Assembly (NCBI GenBank): GCA_041645165.1
Contig: JBAZQN010000002.1
Location: forward strand, 53,388 to 117,387
Direction of reading: 5' to 3'
Source of the DNA: Patescibacteria group bacterium
GTDB lineage: Bacteria > Patescibacteriota > Patescibacteriia > 2-02-FULL-49-11
DNA: 64,000 nt
The number at the start of each line of letters is the position of its first letter. Position 1 is the first letter of the stretch. Below are positions 8,410 through 17,519 of this stretch, piece after piece. A program made the position numbers and the translations under genes. The notes beneath the pieces were generated by a model that searched no databases, had not been told where the DNA came from, and was given only the letters and a program-made list of their open reading frames with translations.

Positions 8410-9366
8410 TCACTTACCACTCGACCCCCAATCCGGGGTGAGAATACTTGGTTTCCCTGATTTAGTCTGAATATACTTATACGCCTCAAGCGCCGCCTTC
8501 GCCCCTTCGCCTGCCGAGATCACTACTTGCTTATAATCTACATCAGTCACGTCTCCTGCGGCAAACACCCCCGGCACATTGGTGCGATTTTCCTTATCGA
8601 CCGTAACCTGCCCTTTTTTATCCAACATAACTAATCCTTTCACCCAGTCTGTCCTTGCGATATATCCTATCTCTATAAATACTCCGTCTATCGAGGTTGC
8701 TCCTTGCGCATGGGTCGCCATATCCTCCCAGCGTACTCCGTCCACCTTGGAGTCGCCTGTCACTTCAATAATTTTCTTATTATAAATTATTTCTATGTGC
8801 TCAATTGCGGTCACCGCCTCAATGAGACGCGCCGATCCCAAAAGCTTCTCGCGCTGGGGAAAAAGATACACTTTTTGGCAAAGCCGCGAAAGATATTCAG
8901 CCGCATCCAAAGCTCCTCCTGCCGCCCCTACCACTCCTGTAATTTTCCCTTTGTAGAGAGGTCCATCGCAATTGGCGCAATACGTGACACCCTTCCCTTT
9001 CAAACGGTCTTCTCCTGGCACATTCAGCTCCCGGGGGGTAAGCCCAAACGCGAGGATAATCGCCTGTGCCGTTTCAGTGCCGGATGAAATTTCCACCCGG
9101 AAATGACCGTCTTCCTGCTCAATCTTTTTCACTTCTTCAAATTTTAAAGTTCCCCCGAAATCCTCGTATTGCTTTTTGAAATTTTCCATGAGATCAAGCC
9201 CATGCGTCTGCCCGAGGACACCCGGATAATTTTCAATCCAATCAGTGAGCGCCGCCTGCCCGCCAAGGTCGCGCGAAATAATGCACGTCGAAAGTGCGCG
9301 GCGGCATGTATAGATGCCCGCAGACATGCCCGCGGCGCCCGCACCCACAATAATTATATCCCACAT
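8410..9366 (-). CDS. trxB: Thioredoxin reductase-family flavoprotein
   Basis: IVGAGAAG, IENYPG, GVTYCANCDG, TNVPGVFAAGD; adjacent to trxA. Confidence 0.9.
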   Translation of the reverse strand: MWDIIIVGAGAAGMSAGIYTCRRALSTCIISRDLGGQAALTDWIENYPGVLGQTHGLDLMENFKKQYEDFGGTLKFEEVKKIEQEDGHFRVEISSGTETAQAIILAFGLTPRELNVPGEDRLKGKGVTYCANCDGPLYKGKITGVVGAAGGALDAAEYLSRLCQKVYLFPQREKLLGSARLIEAVTAIEHIEIIYNKKIIEVTGDSKVDGVRWEDMATHAQGATSIDGVFIEIGYIARTDWVKGLVMLDKKGQVTVDKENRTNVPGVFAAGDVTDVDYKQVVISAGEGAKAALEAYKYIQTKSGKPSILTPDWGSSGK

Positions 9367-9397
9367 ACTTTTCTTTTACTAAAATTAAGTTAAATGT

Positions 9398-9484
9398 ATG
9401 CGTCTGGATGCGTTGTGAATGCGTTTAGATGCGATCTTTATCTTTTTATCGCACTCATACGCATCCACTACGCACATAAACGCA
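9398..9484. repeat. Periodic ATGCG array mirrored by a CGCA array (imperfect inverted repeat)
   Basis: Four ATGCG units at 9-11 nt spacing followed by four CGCA units. Confidence 0.55.
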
Positions 9485-9485
9485 A

Positions 9486-9803
9486 TTATATCCCTAACGC
9501 CTTCTTCAACGCATCCTTCTGTTGCACCCCCACCATTTGCTGCGCTACCTGCCCGCCTTTAAATACGATAAGCGTAGGGATAGACATCACATTATAGGCT
9601 TGTGCAATTTGGGGGCTCTCATCCACATTCAGTTTCCCTATTTTCAAAGGCTTCCCCTCTTGCTCGCGAGCAAGTGATTCTATAATGGGCCCTTGTATTC
9701 TGCACGGACCGCACCACGGCGCCCAAAAATCAACAAGCACGGGAACGTCCGCTTTTAGAACCTCTGTGTCGAAATTTTCGTCGGTAAAAGTGATTTCTGC
9801 CAT
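9486..9803 (-). CDS. trxA: Thioredoxin
   Basis: VLVDFWAPWCGPC and SIPTL. Confidence 0.98.
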   Translation of the reverse strand: MAEITFTDENFDTEVLKADVPVLVDFWAPWCGPCRIQGPIIESLAREQEGKPLKIGKLNVDESPQIAQAYNVMSIPTLIVFKGGQVAQQMVGVQQKDALKKALGI

Positions 9804-9905
9804 ATAATTTCCAAAAAAATAATAAAAGTATCACCCCTACTATATCGAATATGCATATTCCTGTCTATGCACTATGTATGAAGAGAGGCGGGTAAACTCA
9901 CAACA

Positions 9906-10640
9906 CTATTTCTCCAATGTTGCCCATATATATTGCAGCAGCTTCCGTTCGCTTTCTACAATGTTCTGATCAATAATGACCGTGGCGCTCACATTCGGAA
10001 GCGACACCAGCGCAACCCGATCGTCACCTACAAGAATATCAGAAGAAATCTGGAAATCCTTGGGAAGAATCTTAACCTCGCTTAAGTCCCGGCGGTGCGG
10101 CTGTGCCGCGATGCGCGCGGCTTGGCGCGAATACACGAACATATCGTATATTTTGCCTCCCCTATTTTTCAATAATTGAAACATATGACGATTTTCTTCG
10201 TAAGAAAATACCTTAAAATACTCTTCCATTGATACCATTGCCCAAACCTCTTTTGAACGGAACACAGCCTCATACACCTTGGTTAGCTGCTCTTTGCCTT
10301 CATAAAATTCAACCCCAGGCCTGTTTCCTGCCTGCGATGAGAGCAACTTCAGCTCTGGCACTACCCGTGTGGCCAGTTCTTTCTTCTCTTCAATAAGTTT
10401 CAATAATCTCTCCGGATCCTCAGCCCGCAAATACATCTTTCTCCCCTTTGGCACTTTCACCAACAGCCCTTTCTTCAAGAGCTCGTCCACCACCAAATAC
10501 GTCGTCGGCCGCTTCATAACGGCCTTGTGTGCAATATCCGTTACCGACGCAATCCCCAACCCTAAACAAACCATATAGACCATCGCTTCACTTGCCGTAA
10601 ATCCTAATTTTTCAAGTGTCTGCGTATGAATCATACACAC
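9906..10640 (-). CDS. TrmB-family transcriptional regulator 1
   Basis: LEKLGFTASEAMVY ... KRPTTY ... LLKKGL HTH; VEFYEGKE linker; C-terminal effector domain. Confidence 0.9.
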   Translation of the reverse strand: MCMIHTQTLEKLGFTASEAMVYMVCLGLGIASVTDIAHKAVMKRPTTYLVVDELLKKGLLVKVPKGRKMYLRAEDPERLLKLIEEKKELATRVVPELKLLSSQAGNRPGVEFYEGKEQLTKVYEAVFRSKEVWAMVSMEEYFKVFSYEENRHMFQLLKNRGGKIYDMFVYSRQAARIAAQPHRRDLSEVKILPKDFQISSDILVGDDRVALVSLPNVSATVIIDQNIVESERKLLQYIWATLEK

Positions 10641-10645
10641 TGAAT

Positions 10646-10676
10646 GTCATCCCTGGCCGAGACCAGGGATCCAGAA
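10646..10676. repeat. Single CGTC-type palindrome
   Basis: GTCATCCCTGGCCGAGACCAGGGATCCAG matches the left arm of the nested repeats at 685 and 8167. Confidence 0.65.
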
Positions 10677-10724
10677 AGCAAAAAAGGTATAATCTTCCTT
10701 AATGATCTTATTTAAATTTTCACA

Positions 10725-10747
10725 TTTTGTCAATATTTCTGACAAAA
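10725..10747. promoter_or_regulatory. Candidate TrmB1 operator
   Basis: TTTTGTCA-ATATTTC-TGACAAAA, perfect 8-bp arms, between divergent genes. Confidence 0.55.
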
Positions 10748-10822
10748 AGTTAAAAAATAATCAATATATTATCATATTTACTGCATATGTTATTTAGAAA
10801 CTATAATTTTCATCTAAAATTC

Positions 10823-10852
10823 TTGACATTTTTCTCATTTCATACCTATACT
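10823..10852 (+). promoter_or_regulatory. Sigma70-type promoter
   Basis: TTGACA-18 nt-TATACT, 45 nt upstream of the small ORF. Confidence 0.65.
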
Positions 10853-10896
10853 ACTGCGTCAAAATCACATTCACAATCGAAATGAGGTGAATAAAA

Positions 10897-10989
10897 ATGA
10901 ATAAACCCACAACTCCTAAAAAACCAGCAGCAGCACCAACGCCACCACCAGCGCCGCAGCAAGATCCTAACCCGACGCCACTCCCATAG
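10897..10989 (+). CDS. Small Pro-rich peptide MNKPTTPKKPAAAPTPPPAPQQDPNPTPLP (30 aa; not in the ORF track)
   Basis: GAGGTGA Shine-Dalgarno 6 nt before ATG; consensus promoter upstream. Confidence 0.55.
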   Translation: MNKPTTPKKPAAAPTPPPAPQQDPNPTPLP

Positions 10990-11089
10990 AGAAACCCTCC
11001 ATGGAAAAGACCGCCAGTGGGGTGACGTAAATCCGGCCCGTCGCACCCTGATAACACGACGCGACTGGCTTAAACCTTTTGGAGGCAAA

Positions 11090-11563
11090 ATGAATTTCTT
11101 AGAAGTTTTTCTAGTCGACGCGGTCGCCGCTCTCCTAATAGTCTTGATATTTGAACTAATAGGACAAGGCGACGAGGAAGGATGGCTTGGTAACTTACTA
11201 GACTGGGTGCTTGGCCAGATCAAGAAAGGGCGACCAATGCCGTCTCCTCAGAATGAAACACAGGATCCACAGTACAGGATCGCAATCCTGTACCAAATTA
11301 TCGAAACTGCGAAACTCGGCTTGCTCAATCATCCATGTTGGCGAGCTGAAGCCTGGATACTTACGGTTCCTAATAGCAGGGTGGCTGCAGATCGTGCACG
11401 TGTACTACTTCTAGACGAGCACCAGTGGTGGGGACAGAAAATTGCCATAAGGGCTATAGTAGAGGATAAGGACGGATGGATTCTTGCCAATCTCGCCGAA
11501 AAGATTGGCTGGATAGGAAATTTATTCGTTCTCCAACATCAAGACAGGAAAGGCGCCTTCTAA
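11090..11563 (+). CDS. Hypothetical protein with N-terminal TM helix
   Basis: GGAGG SD, 157-aa ORF, terminator at its end. Confidence 0.65.
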   Translation: MNFLEVFLVDAVAALLIVLIFELIGQGDEEGWLGNLLDWVLGQIKKGRPMPSPQNETQDPQYRIAILYQIIETAKLGLLNHPCWRAEAWILTVPNSRVAADRARVLLLDEHQWWGQKIAIRAIVEDKDGWILANLAEKIGWIGNLFVLQHQDRKGAF

Positions 11564-11581
11564 GGGGAGAAGGCGCCTTTT
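11549..11581 (+). terminator. Intrinsic terminator
   Basis: AAAGGCGCCTTCT-AAGGGG-AGAAGGCGCCTTT followed by T. Confidence 0.75.
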
Positions 11582-11714
11582 ACTTATAACATCAGGTTAA
11601 TATATATCACCTATGACAGCTAGGCATTATACAAAGAAACTGCTTATTTAAGACAAAATAAAATCGACCGACAAACGCCGATCGAGAAAATATTCAATAC
11701 CTTAGCTATTTAAA

Positions 11715-11732
11715 TTGTTCTACGTAGAACAA
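11715..11732. promoter_or_regulatory. parS-like perfect palindrome TTGTTCTACGTAGAACAA
   Basis: 14/16 match to TGTTCCACGTGGAACA with symmetric substitutions; about 4 kb from dnaA. Confidence 0.55.
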
Positions 11733-11800
11733 CTAAAATCTATTTCTTCATTACACTTGTTATTACAGTAATGAGGCTAGACAATATTTTATGATTATAC

Positions 11801-12061
11801 TCAATACCGTCTTCTTTCTATCCTTTCATTTGCAACTCTCGTTGTCTCATTAACAAATCCTTTTGCAACTTCTGATGCATATTGTACTGTTCCATCTCTT
11901 ATCATTTTCGTCTTAATCGAAGCAATTTCTGATTTACCTTGCAATTTTTGATTATTTATATCAATTTCGTAAATTCTTCTTAGATAAATTAGTCGATTGA
12001 TTAACGCAAAGAGATAAATTAAAATTATGAATCCGATTCCAAATATTGTGAAATTGCTCAT
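11801..12061 (-). CDS. Small AT-rich membrane protein (start MSNFTIFG; the longer ORF call overlaps the tRNA)
   Basis: N-terminal TM helix; ATG 10 nt from the tRNA 3' end. Confidence 0.55.
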   Translation of the reverse strand: MSNFTIFGIGFIILIYLFALINRLIYLRRIYEIDINNQKLQGKSEIASIKTKMIRDGTVQYASEVAKGFVNETTRVANERIERRRY

Positions 12062-12071
12062 AATATTGCTC

Positions 12072-12145
12072 TGGTGGACCTGGGGGGAATCGGACCCCCG
12101 CCTCCGCAATGCGAATGCGGCGTTTTACCACTGAACTACAGGCCC
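12072..12145 (-). tRNA. tRNA-Ala(CGC)
   Basis: GGGCCTG acceptor with G3:U70; anticodon arm CCGCA-TTCGCAT-TGCGG; CCA encoded. Confidence 0.93.
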
Positions 12146-12188
12146 TAAAACTTTGAATTTCTAGAACTTTCTAGCAGTTGGGGTCATT

Positions 12189-12262
12189 TGGTGGACCTAG
12201 GGAGAATCGAACTCCCACCTCCTCCATGCCATGGAGGCGTTCTACCACTATACTATAGGCCC
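12189..12262 (-). tRNA. tRNA-Ala(GGC)
   Basis: G3:U70; CCTCC-ATGGCAT-GGAGG; GTTCGA T-loop; CCA encoded. Confidence 0.96.
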
Positions 12263-12306
12263 ATAATAACAGTTTATCAGTTATTATCTTCACGTTAATA
12301 GTTTTT

Positions 12307-12378
12307 TGCCCCCAGTATGAATCGAACATACATCTATCCCTTAGGACGGGACTGTTCTATCCATTGAACTATGGGGGC
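12307..12378 (-). tRNA. tRNA-Arg(CCT)
   Basis: GCCCCCA acceptor; GTCCC-GTCCTAA-GGGAT; GTTCGA T-loop; no encoded CCA. Confidence 0.93.
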
Positions 12379-12496
12379 ATATCTAACCACATTTCTGTAT
12401 AAATTCTAAACGATAGTGTAACATTTAATCAGAGTTTGCACAGTCTATCCAAATTTTATTCACATTCTATATACATTATACCTTTAACTCAACCCT

Positions 12497-12934
12497 ATGT
12501 TTCATGATTCCTCAAAAATCGGCAAAAACGATGAAACGATTATTGGCGCCACGGTAAAACTTGAGGGGGATTTTGTGGGAGAGAACAATGTGGTCGTGGA
12601 AGGTACGGTGCGCGGCAGCATGAAAACAAAACAAAATTTACGAATTACTCCAAATTCAAAAATATTCGCCTCCATTGAGGCCCAAAATGCAACCATTGCG
12701 GGAGAGGTTCATGGCAATATAAAAATCATAGAACAGTTGGAATTGCTTTCTACTGCGCGGATTAATGGCGACATTGAGGCAAAAGCAATATCAGTAGCGA
12801 ATGGTGCGGTGATCAATGGCAAGATTAGCATGGGAAATGCGCAAGGAAACAGTGTCAATATTACAGAACATGCATCATTCGCCAATAACCACCCCCTTGT
12901 TGCTAAATCTGTCATGGAAAGAAAAAACAAATAA
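12497..12934 (+). CDS. Bactofilin (polymer-forming cytoskeletal protein)
   Basis: TIIGATVKLEGD ... VEGTVRG ... IAGEVHGNI ... INGDI ... GAVING beta-helix pattern. Confidence 0.93.
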   Translation: MFHDSSKIGKNDETIIGATVKLEGDFVGENNVVVEGTVRGSMKTKQNLRITPNSKIFASIEAQNATIAGEVHGNIKIIEQLELLSTARINGDIEAKAISVANGAVINGKISMGNAQGNSVNITEHASFANNHPLVAKSVMERKNK

Positions 12935-12948
12935 CCGCAAAGGGCGCT

Positions 12949-13707
12949 ATGTACCATTATTTCTTTGATTCCTCTTTGCACCATAAGCGTTTTCACCAGG
13001 ATGTGGCAAGGATAGAAACACGCATCACTGACCTTGGTATTAAGGGAAGACTCACGAGGCTTACGCCGCTCCATGATCTCCGCGAAACTGTGGAGGAATC
13101 ATTAACCCAAGGCGCCCATACGCTCATTGCCGTAGGGAACGATCATCTTCTCTCACGCATTGCGAGCGTGTTACGCAACCACCCCCACTGCACCCTGGGT
13201 ATAATCCCGGTTGGTGCCGGCCCTTTTATAATTTCTCATACTCTTGGCATTCCGGAGGGGATAGCCGCGTGCGACACGCTCGCCGCGCGCAGGCTGGAAG
13301 TATTCGATGCGGGCATCATGAACGACCGTGAACTCTTTATCTCTGCAATTGAAATACATAATATCCTCTGCAGCATTGAGTGCAATAACAAATATCACCT
13401 CACGCCGCTCTCCCCATCGCATGTGACTATACAAAATTTAATTTCATTTCAATATCCCGATAATTGTGATAACCCCGCTGATGGTCAATTAAGTATTTAT
13501 ATTCATCCGCAAGCGCCGCAATCATGGTGGAAAAAAAGAACCACCGAGCGCCTCACCCATTGTATGACAAAAAAAATTACCGTTTCGCCACTGAATGGAG
13601 AATCCACTGCCACCATAGACGGTTTTAAAATTATCCGCCTTCCTTTTACCGCTGAAATCCTGCAACACCATTTCACCTTTATTGTAGGGAAGACTCGATT
13701 GTACTAA
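12949..13707 (+). CDS. Diacylglycerol-kinase-family-like protein (degenerate)
   Basis: LIAVGND, LGIIPVG, FDAG; the GGDG motif is altered. Confidence 0.7.
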   Translation: MYHYFFDSSLHHKRFHQDVARIETRITDLGIKGRLTRLTPLHDLRETVEESLTQGAHTLIAVGNDHLLSRIASVLRNHPHCTLGIIPVGAGPFIISHTLGIPEGIAACDTLAARRLEVFDAGIMNDRELFISAIEIHNILCSIECNNKYHLTPLSPSHVTIQNLISFQYPDNCDNPADGQLSIYIHPQAPQSWWKKRTTERLTHCMTKKITVSPLNGESTATIDGFKIIRLPFTAEILQHHFTFIVGKTRLY

Positions 13708-13732
13708 AATAATTTACTAATATTAGCAAAAA

Positions 13733-13754
13733 ATCCCTTCTTTTTAGAAGGGAT
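13733..13754. terminator. Hairpin between convergent genes
   Basis: ATCCCTTCT-TTTT-AGAAGGGAT. Confidence 0.55.
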
Positions 13755-13772
13755 AAAATTTTTACCCAACTA

Positions 13773-14108
13773 CTATCGCGTAGTGGACTGTGTAGTGCCA
13801 AAAGAAGTCGCTTGTTGTGGCAGGTGCGCGATTCGCGCTTCTTTCTCTTTATCGCGCAGCACCGTACTGTCCACAATCATCTTATCTTTGGTGAGGGACA
13901 CCACCTGATTGCGGTTTATGAGTAAATCCACATTCCGCAATACGCTCGCCACTATCCCCGTGGGGCGCACCTGATACTGCATGACACTCTGGCTCTCAAT
14001 ATCGATTTCAAGACCGACCACGTGGCCGAGGTTGTGGTGGTCGACTGTTTCTACAGGAATATGGAATAGCTGATCTGTGTTAATCATCATGGCGGTGATG
14101 ATATTCAA
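13773..14108 (-). CDS. PRC-barrel domain protein
   Basis: PVETVDHHNLGHVVGLEID pattern; position downstream of yidC. Confidence 0.75.
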   Translation of the reverse strand: MNIITAMMINTDQLFHIPVETVDHHNLGHVVGLEIDIESQSVMQYQVRPTGIVASVLRNVDLLINRNQVVSLTKDKMIVDSTVLRDKEKEARIAHLPQQATSFGTTQSTTR

Positions 14109-14839
14109 ATATTTTTCTGCGCCGCGCTAGCATCAGTGCGGCGACGGAAGAGAAACGCCTGCTGTGCCACCGTAAGCAGCGTCGTCACCAGCCAATAGAG
14201 GGAAAGCCCCCCGGGGAGCCTGGTGCCGATAAAAATTGTCATCAGTGGCATCATATAGAGCATTTGTTTATTCATGATGGCCGTCATACTCTCATCCTTG
14301 GCGCCCGGTACCTTAGGCTGCGGTTTGGTGACCAGCATCTTCGACTGCCAGAATTGCGCAAGGCCGGCAAGGACCGCAAGAGGGATTGAAGGATTCGTGA
14401 GATTCAAAAATCCGAAGCTAATCGGCTGGATAAATTCCGGCTTCGCGATAAAAGGATAGAGCGCCTCGAAACCGTTTGAACTTATACCATGCCCAAATAC
14501 CTGATACAGAGCAATAAAGAAAGGCAATTGGACCAATAAGGGCAGGCATGAAGAGAATGGATTCACCTTTTCTGTCTTATACAATTCCATGGTGGCGCGC
14601 GCAAGCGCTTCCTTGTTATCGCTGTGTTTTTGCTTTAACGCATCCATCTTAGGCTGGAGGGATTGCAGCGCTTTTTGGGAGCGGATTGATTGCAAGGAAA
14701 GAGGATACAGCAGCGCTTTCACGGCAATCGTGAGTGCTACGATGGCAATGCCGATATCATGGCCGGGAAGTACATTGTAAAAAAATATCAAAAGATTAAA
14801 AAGCGGCTGATAGAGAATGAGATTATAAATATATTTCAT
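14105..14839 (-). CDS. yidC: Membrane protein insertase YidC (short form)
   Basis: LQPKM, MELYK, NPFSSCLPLLVQLPFFIALY, GLSLYW. Confidence 0.96.
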   Translation of the reverse strand: MKYIYNLILYQPLFNLLIFFYNVLPGHDIGIAIVALTIAVKALLYPLSLQSIRSQKALQSLQPKMDALKQKHSDNKEALARATMELYKTEKVNPFSSCLPLLVQLPFFIALYQVFGHGISSNGFEALYPFIAKPEFIQPISFGFLNLTNPSIPLAVLAGLAQFWQSKMLVTKPQPKVPGAKDESMTAIMNKQMLYMMPLMTIFIGTRLPGGLSLYWLVTTLLTVAQQAFLFRRRTDASAAQKNI

Positions 14840-14851
14840 AAGTAGTAATGC

Positions 14852-15112
14852 TTATGGTACAGGATCAAATGCAGGCGGGTGCAGTGGATGACATTTTAGG
14901 ATTCTTCTTACTCCCAACACAATACCGCGAAGCGCGCCGTGGCGCACCAATGCCTGTCTTGTATACTCTGAACACGAAGGAAAAAATCTGCAATGGCCCC
15001 ACGGACGCCGCATAGGCCCGTGGTCGGGAGAAAGGATTATCTGGTACCATCGAATGCCATGGGCCAATAACGTACCAATAAAATAATTAAGTGAAGTGGC
15101 AATTTTTCTCAT
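14852..15112 (-). CDS. yidD: Membrane protein insertion efficiency factor
   Basis: [10 protein letters not shown] and RILKCHP. Confidence 0.95.
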   Translation of the reverse strand: MRKIATSLNYFIGTLLAHGIRWYQIILSPDHGPMRRPWGHCRFFPSCSEYTRQALVRHGALRGIVLGVRRILKCHPLHPPAFDPVP

Positions 15113-15477
15113 ATCTTAGCCGTTTTTTGAGTATTCTGCCTTAACACTGAAAGATGCCTCACCAATAACAACAAATCATTTTCTATAGCTTTAAATGGCT
15201 GTGGTGATAAATATCTTTTTACGATAAAAAATATATCTAACCCCACAGGAAGAGAAGAAAAATTTTTCCGCACTGCTTCCCTTAACTGCCGCCGCAGACG
15301 GTTGCGCCCCGTCGCGTGCTTAATGACGCTATTTGGTATCACAAACCCAACCCTTGTGCTCTTCATTCCGTTCCGGCAATAACGCATTCCTATCCATGCG
15401 CAATTCCTGACGCCACCTTCCCGATAGATGCGGTTAAAATCCTCTGAACTCCTGATACGGTGCTGCAGGGATAACAT
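15109..15477 (-). CDS. rnpA: RNase P protein
   Basis: RVGFVI ... [13 protein letters not shown] (RNR motif); synteny. Confidence 0.93.
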   Translation of the reverse strand: MLSLQHRIRSSEDFNRIYREGGVRNCAWIGMRYCRNGMKSTRVGFVIPNSVIKHATGRNRLRRQLREAVRKNFSSLPVGLDIFFIVKRYLSPQPFKAIENDLLLLVRHLSVLRQNTQKTAKI

Positions 15478-15503
15478 AATTATTTCTTGTGCGCGGTGGC
15501 TCC

Positions 15504-15641
15504 TTACACGGTCAATCGCGCCCTTTTCTTGGTCCTGCGCCTCGAAAGCACGTGCCTGCCGCTCTGTGTTGCCATGCGCGCGCGAAATCCATGGACGCGC
15601 GAACGTCTGCGTGTTTTTGGTTGATAAGTGCGTTTTGGCAT
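15504..15641 (-). CDS. rpmH: 50S ribosomal protein L34
   Basis: [23 protein letters not shown]. Confidence 0.98.
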   Translation of the reverse strand: MPKRTYQPKTRRRSRVHGFRARMATQSGRHVLSRRRTKKRARLTV

Positions 15642-15862
15642 AGTAATAAAAATACGAAAATTGAATACGGTTACGTATACTATACCGAAATACCCCCCTG
15701 CCAGCAAGTGAGAGAAATCAATAATGACTCATGCACAAAGTCTGCACAGGTTGTACACAAAATTGCCAAAAAACCTTATTTTCTGCTATGGTGATGCCGT
15801 GCTATGATAGATGCATCACACCAAAATAGCGTCGTATTGATCGTACATGACCGCTCGTCTCG

Positions 15863-17272
15863 ATGACGTTTCAACGACCTATGCCTGACATGACCCATAA
15901 TGAACTCTGGCAAGCCGTGCTCGGGGAACTCGAGCTCTTGCTTTCTCGTGCGCATTTCACCACGTGGTTCAAACATACATTCATTATCGAAAAGGACGGT
16001 ATTCGATTGGTCGTGGGTGTTCCCAACACCTTTACCAAAACATGGCTTGAAAATAAATATCACACGTCAATCCTCAAAGCGCTCCGTAGTGTCACCCATA
16101 ATGAGGTGCGCGAAGTGTCCTACCAGGTGGAAACCCGGCATACGGCACTGCAAACGCCTTATACTCCTCTCGAGGCTAGCTCAGGACCCGCTGCCGAACC
16201 TATGGCCCCGCATACGATGAGCCGCATGGACGAACACGGCCTCAATCCCCGCTATATATTCCAGTCATTTGTGGTAGGGAAAAATAACGAGCTTGCGCAC
16301 GCAGCCGCCAGGGCGGTTGCCCAGCAGCCAGGAATGGTCTATAACCCTCTTTTCATTTATGGAGGGGTGGGGCTGGGCAAGACGCACCTAATGCAGGCAA
16401 TCGGGCACGAACTACTAAGCCATGACCCCTCAAAAAAAATCCTCTATACCTCATGCGAAAAATTTACCAATGAATTCGTGTTCTCCATTAAAAATGGCAA
16501 CGCAGATTCGTTCAAAGACCGCTATCGCAATGTCGACATATTGCTCATTGATGATATTCATTTCATGACAGGGAAAGAACAGACCCAGGAGCAATTTTTC
16601 CACACCTTCAACGAACTCCATCAGCATAACCGACAAATCGTCATCTCTTCCGATCGCCCTCCCAAAGCGCTTCCCGGGCTTGAGCAAAGGCTCATTTCCC
16701 GATTTGAATGGGGTATGATCGCAGATATCGGCATGCCTGACTTGGAAACCAGAACTGCCATCCTTGAACGCAAGCTTACCGAGCGCAATATCACCCTTGA
16801 TGCGAGTATTATAGCGTCCATTGCCTCTGCTATTCAATCAAATATCCGCGAATTAGAAGGGGTCCTTAACCGCATCCTTGCCTACCAACAGCTCGGCGGC
16901 ACCATCCTTACCCCCGAATCAGTGCGTTCGCTCCTTATCACTATTACAGCGACCCCCAAACGAGGCGCAATCACCCCTAAACATCTCATGAAGGTAGTGG
17001 CGCAATACTATGACATTTCCATTGAAAACTTGATCGGTGAGAGTAGAAAGAAGGAATTGGTAATGCCGCGGCAAATCGTTATGTATCTCATGCGGGAAGA
17101 GATAAAAAGCTCTTTCCCTAATATTGGCGCTGAACTCGGCGGGCGCGACCATACGACTGCTATGTACGCATATACAAAAATCGTTGATGAGTTGGAGAAG
17201 AATGAAAGAATACGTCAAGATATTGCGCTCATCCGCCAGCAGTTATTCAACCAGACATGGGATAAAGGGTAA
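15863..17272 (+). CDS. dnaA: Chromosomal replication initiator DnaA (start may be 15890)
   Basis: YNPLFIYGGVGLGKTHL, LLIDDI, FFHTFN, RELEG, GGRDHTT. Confidence 0.99.
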   Translation: MTFQRPMPDMTHNELWQAVLGELELLLSRAHFTTWFKHTFIIEKDGIRLVVGVPNTFTKTWLENKYHTSILKALRSVTHNEVREVSYQVETRHTALQTPYTPLEASSGPAAEPMAPHTMSRMDEHGLNPRYIFQSFVVGKNNELAHAAARAVAQQPGMVYNPLFIYGGVGLGKTHLMQAIGHELLSHDPSKKILYTSCEKFTNEFVFSIKNGNADSFKDRYRNVDILLIDDIHFMTGKEQTQEQFFHTFNELHQHNRQIVISSDRPPKALPGLEQRLISRFEWGMIADIGMPDLETRTAILERKLTERNITLDASIIASIASAIQSNIRELEGVLNRILAYQQLGGTILTPESVRSLLITITATPKRGAITPKHLMKVVAQYYDISIENLIGESRKKELVMPRQIVMYLMREEIKSSFPNIGAELGGRDHTTAMYAYTKIVDELEKNERIRQDIALIRQQLFNQTWDKG

Positions 17273-17519
17273 ATGAACTGTGGGTGAAAATAATTTTTTT
17301 CTCTTTTTTTCTCTCCCACCGTCTCCTCTCCTCAAACCATACACACCTTACTAAAAATAATTACTTTTGGATAACAACAAGAGAAGTTGTTAAAAAAAAT
17401 CTCTTTTATTTAATTTCCTTTTAAAATGTAATTAAAAAATTTCATTTTTTCTCCTCACCCTCGTTTCACACCTTTTATACACCACCCTTATCACTACCAT
17501 CACTCAATATATAAAATAA
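17273..17519. other. Probable oriC unwinding region (degenerate DnaA boxes, AT-rich tract, DnaA-trio-like repeats)
   Basis: dnaA-dnaN intergenic; TTTGGATAA near 17386; TTATACACC near 17475 followed by TTA TCA CTA CCA TCA; more degenerate boxes at 15732-15760. Confidence 0.7.

Noticed and set aside
9850-12071. Prophage or tRNA-integrated island with att sites
   Set aside because: No integrase, phage gene or duplicated tRNA 3' end was found.
12062-12109. N-terminal extension of ORF 11801-12109
   Set aside because: It overlaps tRNA-Ala; the start was moved to 12061.
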